From a virus, in IMG/VR virus record IMGVR_UViG_3300043444_000523, positions 1 to 64,000 of that record: a DNA stretch of 64,000 nucleotides. The stretch is one strand, 5' to 3'. The notes under the pieces are model-generated. The model searched no databases. It saw only the letters and a program-made list of their open reading frames with translations, and was not told the DNA's origin. This document shows positions 48,020-57,684 of this stretch, one piece after another. Both the position numbers and the translations under genes were made by a program. The first letter of the stretch is position 1; every line of letters begins with the position of its first letter.

Positions 48020-51000
48020 TTACACCAGATTGTTCTTTTTCAACACAGCCCAGCACTTCGGGAATTTTGCTTTGGCTACATTTGGCTTGGTTATGGCAAG
48101 ACGAACATACTCTGCCCACCCCTCGTGAGCATTAGACATTGCATATGAACTTAGCGGAGCTTTTTTCTCGTCTTCGTGCAGGATTTCAATAACCCATGCT
48201 TTTTTCCAATCAAAATCACTGCTGTAGGACAAATCGCCCAATTTGCCGTCAATAATATGGCCAATCTCATGGGCATAAACGCTGGACATTCTTGTGTCCG
48301 CAAGTTTCCCTTCGTGTTTTATACTCGGCGCGCCGTCAAGAAACATGCCGCCAGAACCAACCTCGACGGCTCCTCCAACTCTACCGTCATTATCCGTCGC
48401 TGTGGATTTTGATATATCTTCAGAAAGCCTCTTTGATGTTGGATAGAACTTCACATGCCGAAGGTTCTTCAAAAGCGAGCCTTTCATCTTTGGATTCATA
48501 CTGGAAATCGTCTTAACAATTCCAGACTTGAACTCGCTCTTGAGGCCATTCGGAATATCCTTGTCTTTGTCTATTGATGAATGAATCGCTGACACAAGAT
48601 CATTGCTGTTCTTTGGATTGGCGGAAATGATATTCCCTTTTATCCACCTGTTTGGGTTTTCTGAAACAGGAGGGCGTGCAAATGCCGCAATTACACCGCC
48701 TACAGCCGCTGACGCTACCGCAGACTTACCAGCAACAACCAGTGCGTGTTCTACAGAATCGCCTAATGCCATATTGCGTACAAATACAAGAGCCCCAGCA
48801 GTAGCAGCACTTCCAAAAGCGCCTTTCAAAAAGTTCACAGCCCTTGCAGTAACAACGCTGTGCCCGTGAGTCATTCCTGGAACTTTTTCTTTTCTAACAA
48901 CAGACGATCTTTTCCCAGGCGACAATGCCGCCTTTTCGCTCGAACTTGCTCTGGCAATCGCTTCTTTGGGTATAAACTCTCCGCCCTTGAAGTGCTCTCC
49001 GCCAACTTCGATTCCGCCCTTGGGGGCATGGACAGCCTCGTATCCAATTGCCTGATTCATAATCGGTGCAATTTGCGCTGATTTCTGGGAGTACGACTCC
49101 AGCGCCCTTGCAACAGCCGGTGCTAACGCGGACGCCTCTGCATTTGCCAGTTCTTCAAGGGCCACTTCGGACACTTGAATGCCACTACGCCGAATGCGGT
49201 TCTTGATCTTGTCCCGAATCCATAGCGATACAGCGCCTTCGCTGTGGCTGTCCGAAGACGGTTTATTGAGCAAATGAACCAACGCATCTCCAGCCACGTT
49301 CTTGGCGACATTTTTGATGTGTGCCCTCAAGTCTTCAGTCGGCTTGGATTCCGGCATTGGCTTTTCGCCGTCGATGCCAGACATGCTGAGCATCAGCGGC
49401 GCATACCGCTCTGCCGCTTCAGATGCCTCGCTCACCAAGTCTTCCTCAGTGGCCTCGATTCCGGCCTCTTTCATGGCCTCTTGCATCTTGCCCTTGAACA
49501 ACTCGACAAGGTATTCGTGCATCACCGCCGAGGCCGGAACTTCATCCTGATAACCGACCATCCACTCGTCATCCTGGCTCGTTACTAAGCTGCCGCCCTT
49601 CTTTTTCATGAGCACGTCGAATAGCTTCGGGATGAGCATCACGCCCTTCTTGATGCCCAACACAGCCAAGTCCATCGTGGCCTGTGTCGCTGCCCGAAGA
49701 GCGAGTCTCTTCAAAGCATCTTTCTCGTTTGGAACCCTAGAAGACTTACCTGTCACCGGGTCTATCACGAGTTTTGTTTCATTAGGATCGATGCCAAGAG
49801 AGATTGCTGTCTTATCAAACGCTCCCTGTGCCAACGGGCTCTTGGCGATGTCTCGCCTCAGTTTCTTAGGGTCTCTGATCATCCGTTCCGCGATCTTGCC
49901 AGCGTACTTGGCCGTCTCGTGAGCCGCCTTCGGCACGCCTCTGAGGCTCTGCTTCTTGTCAAACGCCTTCGACCGATTGCCGGAATACTGGTCGATGATC
50001 CGAAGCGCCATCGTGGCCACGGTGTCTTCGCCAGTGGCTGTAACTTCGCGCTCACGTTGATAAGCCCGACCACGGGCACGGGCATACTCATGCGGCGTTA
50101 GGCTACCGAATTCCTTGATCTTGTTCATCACATATGGCCGAAGTTTGAAGTCCGTCTTCAGCCAACGCTCGGTCTCTTGGATCAAGTCATACTCGTTGCC
50201 CATCAGGATCGGCTCATCAGGCTTCGGAGCCCGAATCCCAGCCTGTTCCAGCATGTCATCGACAGTGGCCGGTTTGTCTTCTTGTTTTTCAGACCTGTCC
50301 ATGCCGGTTTGCTGCGTCTCAGGCTTCTTGCCATGATCCTGCGGCCTGGAAGCAGGCATCTCCGGCACTTTCTCGCCTGAAATCGCCTTCTGGCCAGCCA
50401 ATGCCGCCTTCTCCTCCGGCGATGCGCGGGCAATCACAGAGCCAGGAATAAACTGGCCACCTTCGTAGTGCTTACCGGAAATGTCAATACCACCCACCGG
50501 CGCACGAGTCGCCTTGTACTCAATCGTGAACTCATCATCAGACACCGCCAAATACTCGATCACAAGGCCATCGTTGGCCATCGACACCTGCCCACCCTCT
50601 TCAGGCGGGGCCGGATCAAGAGGAACACTCGTCCCGTCAGCCAAACGAATGTAATTCCCGTCTTCCGTCTCGTCTGTGTTCTCTTCGCCCATGATTTCTT
50701 CAAGTATCTGATCAACCGTCATATCGCTGGCCTCTTCGGCCACTTGCTCGTCCCGCTGGACCTGTTGCTCTTGCTGCTCTTGGGCCGCTTGCTCCTGGGC
50801 TTGCTGTTCCTGTTGTTCCGCTTGCTGCTGCTCTGCGGCTTGTTCTTGGCCCTGTTGCTGCACTTGGGCCTCTTGATCTTGCGGCATCTCTTGAGGCTGG
50901 CCCTCTGCTGGAACTTGCATCTGTTGTTGCGCAGCTGCTTGCTGTTGCTGGGCCTGCATTTGCTGCTGCATCTGGGCTTGTTGGGCCTCCATCTGAATCT

Positions 51001-52459
51001 GCGTTTGCGCCTTGAGCAACTCAATCTGCGTCTCTGTTTGAACCTTGGACTGAACCTTAAGCAACATCTCCTGGTTAAGAATTTCATCGTCAGGCTCAGG
51101 AGCCTTGAGGCCAGCGTTGGCCAAAAGCTCGTCTTTCCTGACAGAGCCGCCCATCTGAAACACCGCCGAAGCATTCTTCAACTTCGCATCGGCCTTTGGA
51201 TCATCAACATCAAATACAAATCTGACCCTGAAGTTGGCCTTGGGGAAATTCCATCGCTGAATTACAGGGATATAATCTTCAGAAAAAGTGTCGGCCAAAT
51301 TGTTTGCGTCAAACTTCAGGATGCGCCATTTAGTGTTCTCATGGAACTGAGATACTCCGCTGCCAAGTCCCGTTGCCTCTGCATTGGCGCTCAAAGTCTG
51401 GCCGATGATCAATCGCTCGATGTGCTGCTCAAAGTATTCCTTGACGATATTGATCAGGATGTTGATGCCGCCGCCTTCAAACCGAAGCAAATCAACACCG
51501 GCGGTATCCTTGCTCTGCCCACGGGTCTTCGGCATTGCGATGGCGTATCGTTCGCCGACGTTTTGGGCTGCGGCCTCGGCTTCTGCCTTGGAATTTGGAT
51601 TGCCTTCATCATAGTAGAACACCATGATGCCACCGATGCTCATCTTCTTCAGGTGGTTGATCGCCCACCCAAGCATCTCGTCACGAAGCTGGAAATTCCA
51701 GTAAATCTGAGACCGCAAGCCAACGCCATGCACGCCGCCTGACATCTCGCCTTCAAAGAAGTCGGCGTCAACGCACTGGTGTTTGTGGATGATGAACCGC
51801 TGCCGCCACTTCGGGTCTTTCAGCCGAAGCACCATCGACCTTTGATCCGAGAAAAGGTCTTCTTCCTTGACGATGCCGCGTTCTTTCAACGTCCGGCCAA
51901 TAGAGTGATTGACCATCACCCTTGGAACATCGTCATGGCCGTACAGGATTTTGTCGCCATTGACCGGCTTGTGCCCGACGACTCCAAGCCGATTCTGGCC
52001 ATCAATCGGAATCGCGCCCCACTTGACCTGATTCGCGTATCGGCCATACCAGATCGCCCAAGCCAGCTGCCAAACGAACGGCGTCCACCGCGACGTATTG
52101 GCCACGATCTTCGACATATCATCAGTTACGGCCTTTTGAATCTTGCTCTTTTGGTTCTCAGGCTCAAGATGCCAGCCAAGAGCCGAAAGCTGAAGGAATC
52201 TCTCGTTCATGCATCCCAAAACGAACGCATCACGAAGCATCGCCAGCGCGTTTTCGCGGCTGTGCTTCGTGGCCTCGTCATGAGTCCATCGATGAGACCG
52301 AGTTACGGATTGATAAATTGATGAGAATGTTCTGTGCTGCGGCAACAGAAAGCCGCCCTCGTCTTCGATGGGTCGGCCATTGTGATCAAGCAGCCGAAGC
52401 GGTCCACTCCCGTTTCGGCTCATCAGGCCATTAACGTCTGGTTCTGGTAGCAGTGCCAT
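48020..52459 (-). CDS. Mu gp29/DUF935-like portal protein fused to a Gln-rich linker, extra modules and a C-terminal zincin (HExxH) domain
   Basis: AIWYG, GVGLRS.IYW, LIIGQTLS, G.GVSQFH...D...L.DT, IQRWNFP; C-terminal YAHEIGHIID...LSSYAMSNAHEGWAE. Confidence 0.85.
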   Translation of the reverse strand: MALLPEPDVNGLMSRNGSGPLRLLDHNGRPIEDEGGFLLPQHRTFSSIYQSVTRSHRWTHDEATKHSRENALAMLRDAFVLGCMNERFLQLSALGWHLEPENQKSKIQKAVTDDMSKIVANTSRWTPFVWQLAWAIWYGRYANQVKWGAIPIDGQNRLGVVGHKPVNGDKILYGHDDVPRVMVNHSIGRTLKERGIVKEEDLFSDQRSMVLRLKDPKWRQRFIIHKHQCVDADFFEGEMSGGVHGVGLRSQIYWNFQLRDEMLGWAINHLKKMSIGGIMVFYYDEGNPNSKAEAEAAAQNVGERYAIAMPKTRGQSKDTAGVDLLRFEGGGINILINIVKEYFEQHIERLIIGQTLSANAEATGLGSGVSQFHENTKWRILKFDANNLADTFSEDYIPVIQRWNFPKANFRVRFVFDVDDPKADAKLKNASAVFQMGGSVRKDELLANAGLKAPEPDDEILNQEMLLKVQSKVQTETQIELLKAQTQIQMEAQQAQMQQQMQAQQQQAAAQQQMQVPAEGQPQEMPQDQEAQVQQQGQEQAAEQQQAEQQEQQAQEQAAQEQQEQQVQRDEQVAEEASDMTVDQILEEIMGEENTDETEDGNYIRLADGTSVPLDPAPPEEGGQVSMANDGLVIEYLAVSDDEFTIEYKATRAPVGGIDISGKHYEGGQFIPGSVIARASPEEKAALAGQKAISGEKVPEMPASRPQDHGKKPETQQTGMDRSEKQEDKPATVDDMLEQAGIRAPKPDEPILMGNEYDLIQETERWLKTDFKLRPYVMNKIKEFGSLTPHEYARARGRAYQREREVTATGEDTVATMALRIIDQYSGNRSKAFDKKQSLRGVPKAAHETAKYAGKIAERMIRDPKKLRRDIAKSPLAQGAFDKTAISLGIDPNETKLVIDPVTGKSSRVPNEKDALKRLALRAATQATMDLAVLGIKKGVMLIPKLFDVLMKKKGGSLVTSQDDEWMVGYQDEVPASAVMHEYLVELFKGKMQEAMKEAGIEATEEDLVSEASEAAERYAPLMLSMSGIDGEKPMPESKPTEDLRAHIKNVAKNVAGDALVHLLNKPSSDSHSEGAVSLWIRDKIKNRIRRSGIQVSEVALEELANAEASALAPAVARALESYSQKSAQIAPIMNQAIGYEAVHAPKGGIEVGGEHFKGGEFIPKEAIARASSSEKAALSPGKRSSVVRKEKVPGMTHGHSVVTARAVNFLKGAFGSAATAGALVFVRNMALGDSVEHALVVAGKSAVASAAVGGVIAAFARPPVSENPNRWIKGNIISANPKNSNDLVSAIHSSIDKDKDIPNGLKSEFKSGIVKTISSMNPKMKGSLLKNLRHVKFYPTSKRLSEDISKSTATDNDGRVGGAVEVGSGGMFLDGAPSIKHEGKLADTRMSSVYAHEIGHIIDGKLGDLSYSSDFDWKKAWVIEILHEDEKKAPLSSYAMSNAHEGWAEYVRLAITKPNVAKAKFPKCWAVLKKNNLV
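49061..49083. promoter_or_regulatory. 23-bp palindromic site, copy 9, in the portal CDS (SAQIAPI)
   Basis: AATCGGTGCAATTTGCGCTGATT, degenerate. Confidence 0.55.
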
Positions 52460-52464
52460 ACCAA

Positions 52465-52472
52465 TTATAGGG
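52465..52472 (-). promoter_or_regulatory. CCCTATAA late-promoter motif, 5 nt before the portal ATG
   Basis: CCCTATAA-TTGGT-ATG; no SD sequence. Confidence 0.65.
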
Positions 52473-52489
52473 ATATGGAGACACTCAAG

Positions 52490-52744
52490 CTAAAGTCTGG
52501 TAGCCGACTGAATTGCCCAGACAATCAAGTTGCCGATGACCGTTCCAACCAAGATCGAAGCGGTCAGAACCAATGACCACTTGAACAAACTCGGCAAAGG
52601 AGGCCGCTTGTCGATGATCTCGATTCCGCCTTTGACCGGCACTACATCAATGTAAGGCGGCTTGATGATGTCTATGTGGACCGGATGGCCATTCTCAGGC
52701 CCATACTCGACATCGTACCCGTCATCGTCCTGTTTGTAGTCCAT
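52490..52744 (-). CDS. Small protein with a C-terminal TM helix
   Basis: GGAG RBS before MDYKQ. Confidence 0.5.
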   Translation of the reverse strand: MDYKQDDDGYDVEYGPENGHPVHIDIIKPPYIDVVPVKGGIEIIDKRPPLPSLFKWSLVLTASILVGTVIGNLIVWAIQSATRL

Positions 52745-52763
52745 CTTTGGCTCCAGTTTCAGA

Positions 52764-52786
52764 AATAGGCGCGAGTCGCGCCGATT
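52764..52786. promoter_or_regulatory. 23-bp palindromic site, copy 10
   Basis: AATAGGCGCGAGTCGCGCCGATT. Confidence 0.78.
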
Positions 52787-53093
52787 ATTGCATGTCCCGA
52801 AGTTCTTGAGAGGTCTTCCCGCAATCAGGGCATCGGTCAAGTTGAGGGTCGAACTTGTTGTGGAAGCACTTATCCGGCTCTTGGGGCTTCTCCACTGAAT
52901 CAATGCTGCCAAACGACACCTTGCCGGATTCTACCACGGCGTCACTCGGCAAATTCGTCTCTACTTTCGCTGGCACGCCCATCTTGGCCAATAGCCCAGT
53001 ATCACGAAGCACAGTCATCATCTCGTTGACCGAGCAGAAACCAAGCTCATGCCAGCCTTGACCGTCGTGCCATTTATAGTACAGGCCACTCAT
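52785..53093 (-). CDS. Hypothetical protein with a C-terminal zinc ribbon
   Basis: CFH...CPDCG; ATGA overlap. Confidence 0.5.
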   Translation of the reverse strand: MSGLYYKWHDGQGWHELGFCSVNEMMTVLRDTGLLAKMGVPAKVETNLPSDAVVESGKVSFGSIDSVEKPQEPDKCFHNKFDPQLDRCPDCGKTSQELRDMQ

Positions 53094-53350
53094 TTCGACT
53101 CACCACCGTCTTGCGGCACTTGCTGCATCAAATGGCCGAGTAATCCCAAACTCGGAATATCCCTGAACGACTTGTAGCCGACCGTGGCACACCAAATCTT
53201 GTACGACAATTCTAGGCAATACGCTTCGGCGCACTTCGCATGAGACTCCGAGCTTTCAAACGACGAACTTTCGCTGATAACGCCTTTGAGTTCACCGGCC
53301 CCTTTTGTGATGTGCTTGATGGCCGCATTGAATTCTGAATAGTCAATCAT
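53090..53350 (-). CDS. Hypothetical protein
   Basis: AAGGGG RBS. Confidence 0.5.
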   Translation of the reverse strand: MIDYSEFNAAIKHITKGAGELKGVISESSSFESSESHAKCAEAYCLELSYKIWCATVGYKSFRDIPSLGLLGHLMQQVPQDGGESK

Positions 53351-53548
53351 TTGTGCCCCTTGATAAAGGAAAGAACCACGCCCCTGAAATACGAAGACAA
53401 ATCGCGGCCAGCAACCTTACGAGCGGCCTTCATCTCCTCTTGCGTGAGGAGAATCTGAAGCCGCTCGGTACGCTTCATGTTTTTAGGCATTGCCGTTCTG
53501 CCGCGTTTTCGCATACTATATCATTATCATAACTATAGAGGATCGGCA

Positions 53549-54568
53549 ATGGTGAATGTCGGCAAACACGAGTTGCACCACGGCAATTGCCTTGACATTC
53601 TCAAGTCCATGCCGGACAAGAAGGTGTCTCTGACACTCACGAGTCCGCCGTATGAAGACTGCCGAACCTACGGCATTGATTTCTCTGTCAAAGGCCAAGA
53701 CTGGGTTGATTGGTTTATCCCCATAGTCATCGAATGTTGCCGAATCACTGATGGCCTAGTGCTTGTAAACGCAGCCGGGAAAGTCCGTGACTTCAAATAC
53801 TCGCCGGTCATGGAATGGCTTGTGGCCGATCTGACACGCAAACACGGCATCGTATGCGGCCCGTCGCCATACGTCTATTACAGAGTCGGAATCCCAGGCA
53901 GCGGAGGCCATCACTATCACCGCCGAGACTGGGAGCCTGTCTATGCCTTCGCTCTTCCAGACCGACTTCCATTGAACTGGTCGGATAATAAAGCCACTGG
54001 CCACAAACCAAAGTGGGTTCCTGGCGGAGAAATGTCATACCGGCTTGGAGACGGCAAACGTGCTAACCACAAATCTCAAGGACGAGACAAGTGGGGAAAT
54101 GCTGGCGAATCATCCGGCGAAGGAAGAAACGCCGATGGCAGCAGAAAGAAGAGGAAGCGATTCGGTGCCAATCCTGAAGGCGACGTAAAAGTCTCACACG
54201 ACAGAGACATTGTTGATATTGCCAACGCTGGCAATCGAATAAGTGAGATGTACGACGCCGACATGGTTAAAAAGCTGCTCGACGACGGAGACGCGGGCGA
54301 CATCGTTCACTGCAAAGTCGGCGGCGGTCTTATGGGGCATCCTTTGGCGTCACAAAACGAAGCCCCGATGTCTCTCACGCTGGCCTCTTGGTTCGTTCGC
54401 AGCTATGCGCCGCCAGGAAGCTACGTCCTTGATCCGTTCATGGGCAGCGGAACTTCTCTGCACGCCTGCCTCGAAACCGGCCGAATCGGAATCGGCATTG
54501 ACATCAGGGAATCCCAAGTGGAACTGACAAAGAGCCGTCTTGAGTCTGTTACACCGTCTATGTTCTGA
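53549..54568 (+). CDS. Orphan beta-class N4-cytosine/N6-adenine DNA methyltransferase
   Basis: HGNCLDIL, LTSPPY (motif IV) ahead of VLDPFMGSGT (motif I), GIDI. Confidence 0.92.
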   Translation: MVNVGKHELHHGNCLDILKSMPDKKVSLTLTSPPYEDCRTYGIDFSVKGQDWVDWFIPIVIECCRITDGLVLVNAAGKVRDFKYSPVMEWLVADLTRKHGIVCGPSPYVYYRVGIPGSGGHHYHRRDWEPVYAFALPDRLPLNWSDNKATGHKPKWVPGGEMSYRLGDGKRANHKSQGRDKWGNAGESSGEGRNADGSRKKRKRFGANPEGDVKVSHDRDIVDIANAGNRISEMYDADMVKKLLDDGDAGDIVHCKVGGGLMGHPLASQNEAPMSLTLASWFVRSYAPPGSYVLDPFMGSGTSLHACLETGRIGIGIDIRESQVELTKSRLESVTPSMF

Positions 54569-54594
54569 GTTCTATTCGCCGAGACGACTGAGGA

Positions 54595-55062
54595 GTGATC
54601 ATGGACTGCCAATGCCAGACCTGCCAGAATGCGTGCAAGTACAAGCCGGGATGGTTCCGCCCAGGAGAAGTCGAGAAAGTCGCCGACTTCCTCCAAATTT
54701 CTCTTAACCGGCTGTTCAAAGAGAAACTGGCCGTAGACTTCCTCTACAGGTCGGACGATGGCAATTCTCCGGTGTTTGTTTTGTCGCCTGCAACGACATC
54801 AGGCGACCCAGGGAAGGAATTCCCTTTCGACCCACGAGGCCAGTGCGTGTTCTACAAGGACGGCAAATGCGAGATTCATCCCGTTAAGCCGCACGACTGC
54901 CGAGCATACGACCACACGCAAACAGGCGATCAGTCATTGCCAACTCACTACGAAACCGGGGATTCTTGGAGCGACCATCAGGATCAGATAAAATCACTGC
55001 TTGGACGCGACCCTGAGTTGCCATCTGTAGGCTTATTTGACTTCTTAAACATCATGACATGA
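54595..55062 (+). CDS. YkgJ/CxxCxxCC-like cysteine-cluster protein
   Basis: CQCQTCQNAC, CVFYKDGKCEIHPVKPHDCR. Confidence 0.75.
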   Translation: MIMDCQCQTCQNACKYKPGWFRPGEVEKVADFLQISLNRLFKEKLAVDFLYRSDDGNSPVFVLSPATTSGDPGKEFPFDPRGQCVFYKDGKCEIHPVKPHDCRAYDHTQTGDQSLPTHYETGDSWSDHQDQIKSLLGRDPELPSVGLFDFLNIMT

Positions 55063-55069
55063 GGGGAAC

Positions 55070-55282
55070 ATGAAGCCAACTCAGCAGACTACAAAACAGG
55101 TTAATAGACCATCTCGGTCATGCGTTTGTGCCACTTGCACTCTTGACGAGAGGCTCAGAAGCAATGGCTTCAAGATTCTAGCTAGGCCAAGAAATTCTCA
55201 GCCGATCTGGATAAAGGACGGGAAGCAGTTTCTTCAGTCTGACGCCGTTCAGCAGTGCAAACCTTTGCCAGCAAAAAGGTAG
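55070..55282 (+). CDS. Hypothetical protein
   Basis: GAGGGG RBS. Confidence 0.45.
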   Translation: MKPTQQTTKQVNRPSRSCVCATCTLDERLRSNGFKILARPRNSQPIWIKDGKQFLQSDAVQQCKPLPAKR

Positions 55283-55428
55283 TCACGCGATTCCCAACCG
55301 AAAGCGTAAGCCGTCTGAAAAGCCGCCTTCGTATTGGGCAGAGCATGTAAGAATTGTCGAAGAAGAAAACAAAAAGCTGCGAACCATCATAGTTGACATG
55401 ATGCACAAAATGCAGCAAGCAGCTGAAA

Positions 55429-56049
55429 TTGCCTCTCCGTTCTTCAGAAAGAGCAACCGTGAAGCTACTCTTGAATAACTGGAGAACGCCAGCAACCGGA
55501 TACAAGCTGAAAACACTCGGCTGCGCGTCCATCGTCGCAACCGAATACCCCAAGGGCGTATATCCGATGCACGGTGAGTCCGGCTTCTCAGACTTCCAGT
55601 GCCTCAGTCCGATCCGAATCACCATGCTGGCCATCAATGAACACGTTTCGATGTGGGACGAGCCTCCTCATTGGTACGGCATCCAGCGATGTGCCAGGGC
55701 CATGCACGGGAAAGTCCTTGTCGCTGGCCTCGGTCTTGGCCTAATCGCCCATGCCCTCAAATGGAACAAGGCTGTCCGCGAAATACTGATCATCGAAAAC
55801 AACCAAGACGTTATCGACCTCATCGGCCCCATGTGCCCACGCTCGGCACAAATCGAACACGCCGACTGGTATCGATGGGAAGGCCGATTCGAGCCAGATA
55901 GCGTACTCATGGACTTGGCAGATGGCGATTACACCAAAGAACGTGTGGCCGACGAAACCGAGAAATGCCGACAAAGGTTCCCATCGGCGACAACGATCTC
56001 CGTCCACGGAAGCGTAGAGTCTAGGCAGAACGAGATGAGTGCTTTCTAA
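55429..56049 (+). CDS. Spermidine-synthase-like class I SAM methyltransferase fold protein
   Basis: GKVLVAGLGLG, IIE.NQDVIDL, HAD; start uncertain. Confidence 0.75.
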   Translation: MPLRSSERATVKLLLNNWRTPATGYKLKTLGCASIVATEYPKGVYPMHGESGFSDFQCLSPIRITMLAINEHVSMWDEPPHWYGIQRCARAMHGKVLVAGLGLGLIAHALKWNKAVREILIIENNQDVIDLIGPMCPRSAQIEHADWYRWEGRFEPDSVLMDLADGDYTKERVADETEKCRQRFPSATTISVHGSVESRQNEMSAF

Positions 56050-56111
56050 CAACGAAAGGAGATTTCGTAAACAACCCCACGGCTGAAGCCGGGGGGCTTT
56101 GCCGCTGGGTT

Positions 56112-57185
56112 TTAGCCCGCGACTTTTGGGGCCGGTTTACTGACGGCCCAAGCCCTCAAATTGAGGGCAGCGTTTCGGTCGGCATTTGTGGAGTGCCCGC
56201 AATGTTTGCAGACAAACTCAGACTGGCTCTTTCGGTTGGCACGCTCGCAGTGGCCGCAGACATGGCACGTCTGGGAACTGTATCGCGGGTCAACCAAGAC
56301 TACGGACACGCCTGCCCGTCGGGCCTTGTACTCCACAAACTGCCGAAGCTGAAAGAAACTCCAGTTGCCAAGTCGTCGCCGGAAACGCCTAGAAGCCGTT
56401 TGCTCACAACGGTCACGCAAACCGGAGAGGTTCTCCAGAGCGATACCGATGCCGAGTGTCTTGGCTTTGCCGACAAGACTCTTGCTGATGGCGTGGTTTA
56501 CCCATGCTTGATAGCGGGACTGCCGCCCCGCCATCCGCTTCAACCGTCGCTTGGCAGACTTGGTTCCTTTCCGTTGGTACTGCTTACGGGCTGTCATCCG
56601 GCGCTTGCGGTTTCGTTCGACACCCGCACCGGAGAACGATTCCCCGGTGGAGTCGGTAGCAATCTGGACAATGCCAAAGTCACAACCCAAGTATTCGGTA
56701 ACCGGCTGTGGGTCGGAAACGGTCGCCTTGACTTGAACATGCAGAAAGTAACCGCCATCGCGTTTGACAAGTGCAGCGCTGGTCGGAACCTTCCCCGCAA
56801 GCGCGGTTCGCTGAAAGTCGCCAAGTTGGGTCGTCAGTCGATGCCGCCCATGCAACAGGGTCAGGCTGAAAGTCCAGTCGGATTCTCGGAAGGAAAAGAT
56901 TCGAGCATCGTAGTTCACGCTCGTAGGAGCAAATCGGGAGAGGTCTTTTACGGCGGCAACGCGACCGATGGCACGAACGGCCAGATTCGCCGACAGCCCG
57001 AACGCAGTCCGCGTTTCGCGGTAGGCCAATTTGTGCAGAGCGAGATGTCCTTTAGTCTCTGTCTCTGCCGCACGACGAACCAAGTGATTGCACGCCGCAG
57101 CGAAAGCCACAAGTGTAACGTCGATTTCAACCGCCTGTTCAGCGGTCGGAACCAGCTTGCAACAGATGGTACGGATGGCTTCCAT
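56112..57185 (-). CDS. tnpB: TnpB RNA-guided endonuclease
   Basis: RuvC D-E-D (LGCDFG, IALENL, NADRNAALN) and zinc finger CHVCG/CKHCG. Confidence 0.93.
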   Translation of the reverse strand: MEAIRTICCKLVPTAEQAVEIDVTLVAFAAACNHLVRRAAETETKGHLALHKLAYRETRTAFGLSANLAVRAIGRVAAVKDLSRFAPTSVNYDARIFSFRESDWTFSLTLLHGRHRLTTQLGDFQRTALAGKVPTSAALVKRDGGYFLHVQVKATVSDPQPVTEYLGCDFGIVQIATDSTGESFSGAGVERNRKRRMTARKQYQRKGTKSAKRRLKRMAGRQSRYQAWVNHAISKSLVGKAKTLGIGIALENLSGLRDRCEQTASRRFRRRLGNWSFFQLRQFVEYKARRAGVSVVLVDPRYSSQTCHVCGHCERANRKSQSEFVCKHCGHSTNADRNAALNLRAWAVSKPAPKVAG

Positions 57186-57578
57186 TCAGACACCCTTCTG
57201 GTTCTCGATGTACTGCTTGATAACGGCCAGAGGCGCGCCGCCAACAGTCGCGACAAAGTAGGAGTTCGTCCAGAGCGATGGCAACCGGCTACGCAACGCT
57301 GGGTACTCCGTGCGCAGGAACCGGGACGAACGGCCCTTGACCAACTTTATCAGCCGGTGGATTCCGAACTGTGGATCGACTTCAACGAGCAGATGTACGT
57401 GATCGGGCATCACTTCCATCTCGATCAGTTCCGAACGGGTTTCAAGGATCACTTCCCGAATCAGATTCTTGAGCCGTTCATCAACGCCGTCGATCAAGAC
57501 CTTGCGACGATACTTGGGGCAGAAAACAACGTGGTACTTGCAGCAGTAGGACACGTTGTTATTGCTCTTGAGCCTCAT
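57186..57578 (-). CDS. tnpA: IS200-type Y1 HUH transposase
   Basis: YHVVFCPKYRR, DHVHLL, LWTNSYF, IKQYIENQ. Confidence 0.95.
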   Translation of the reverse strand: MRLKSNNNVSYCCKYHVVFCPKYRRKVLIDGVDERLKNLIREVILETRSELIEMEVMPDHVHLLVEVDPQFGIHRLIKLVKGRSSRFLRTEYPALRSRLPSLWTNSYFVATVGGAPLAVIKQYIENQKGV

Positions 57579-57684
57579 TCCTGTATTATACACGTCCGAG
57601 ATGTCGAATGCCACCTCAGTAGCGTGGATTCGCCGTCTCCATTCCTCCCCATGCCTGAAGGCAGGGGTTTCTTGGAGACATTTC

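Larger units (their letters stand above)
56067..57684 (-). mobile_element. Complete IS200/IS605-family element (tnpA + tnpB, co-oriented)
   Basis: Subterminal hairpins at both ends. Left guide GAAA fits cleavage after TCAT and right guide AAAG fits a TTAC end under IS608 guide rules. Removing the element rejoins an RBS to its ATG. Confidence 0.9.

Noticed and set aside
50468-51742. Long Leu-rich plus-strand ORF, and similar antisense ORFs over the structural genes
   Set aside because: Antisense shadow of the Gln-rich portal region; no RBS or recognisable motifs.
52720-52744. MDYKQDDDG resembling a FLAG tag (synthetic construct)
   Set aside because: Imperfect match in a natural gene context with no vector sequence; coincidence.
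56062-57684. ATTTC at both IS ends as a target-site duplication
   Set aside because: HUH/Y1 elements make no duplication, and the guide/cleavage rules place one copy inside the element.
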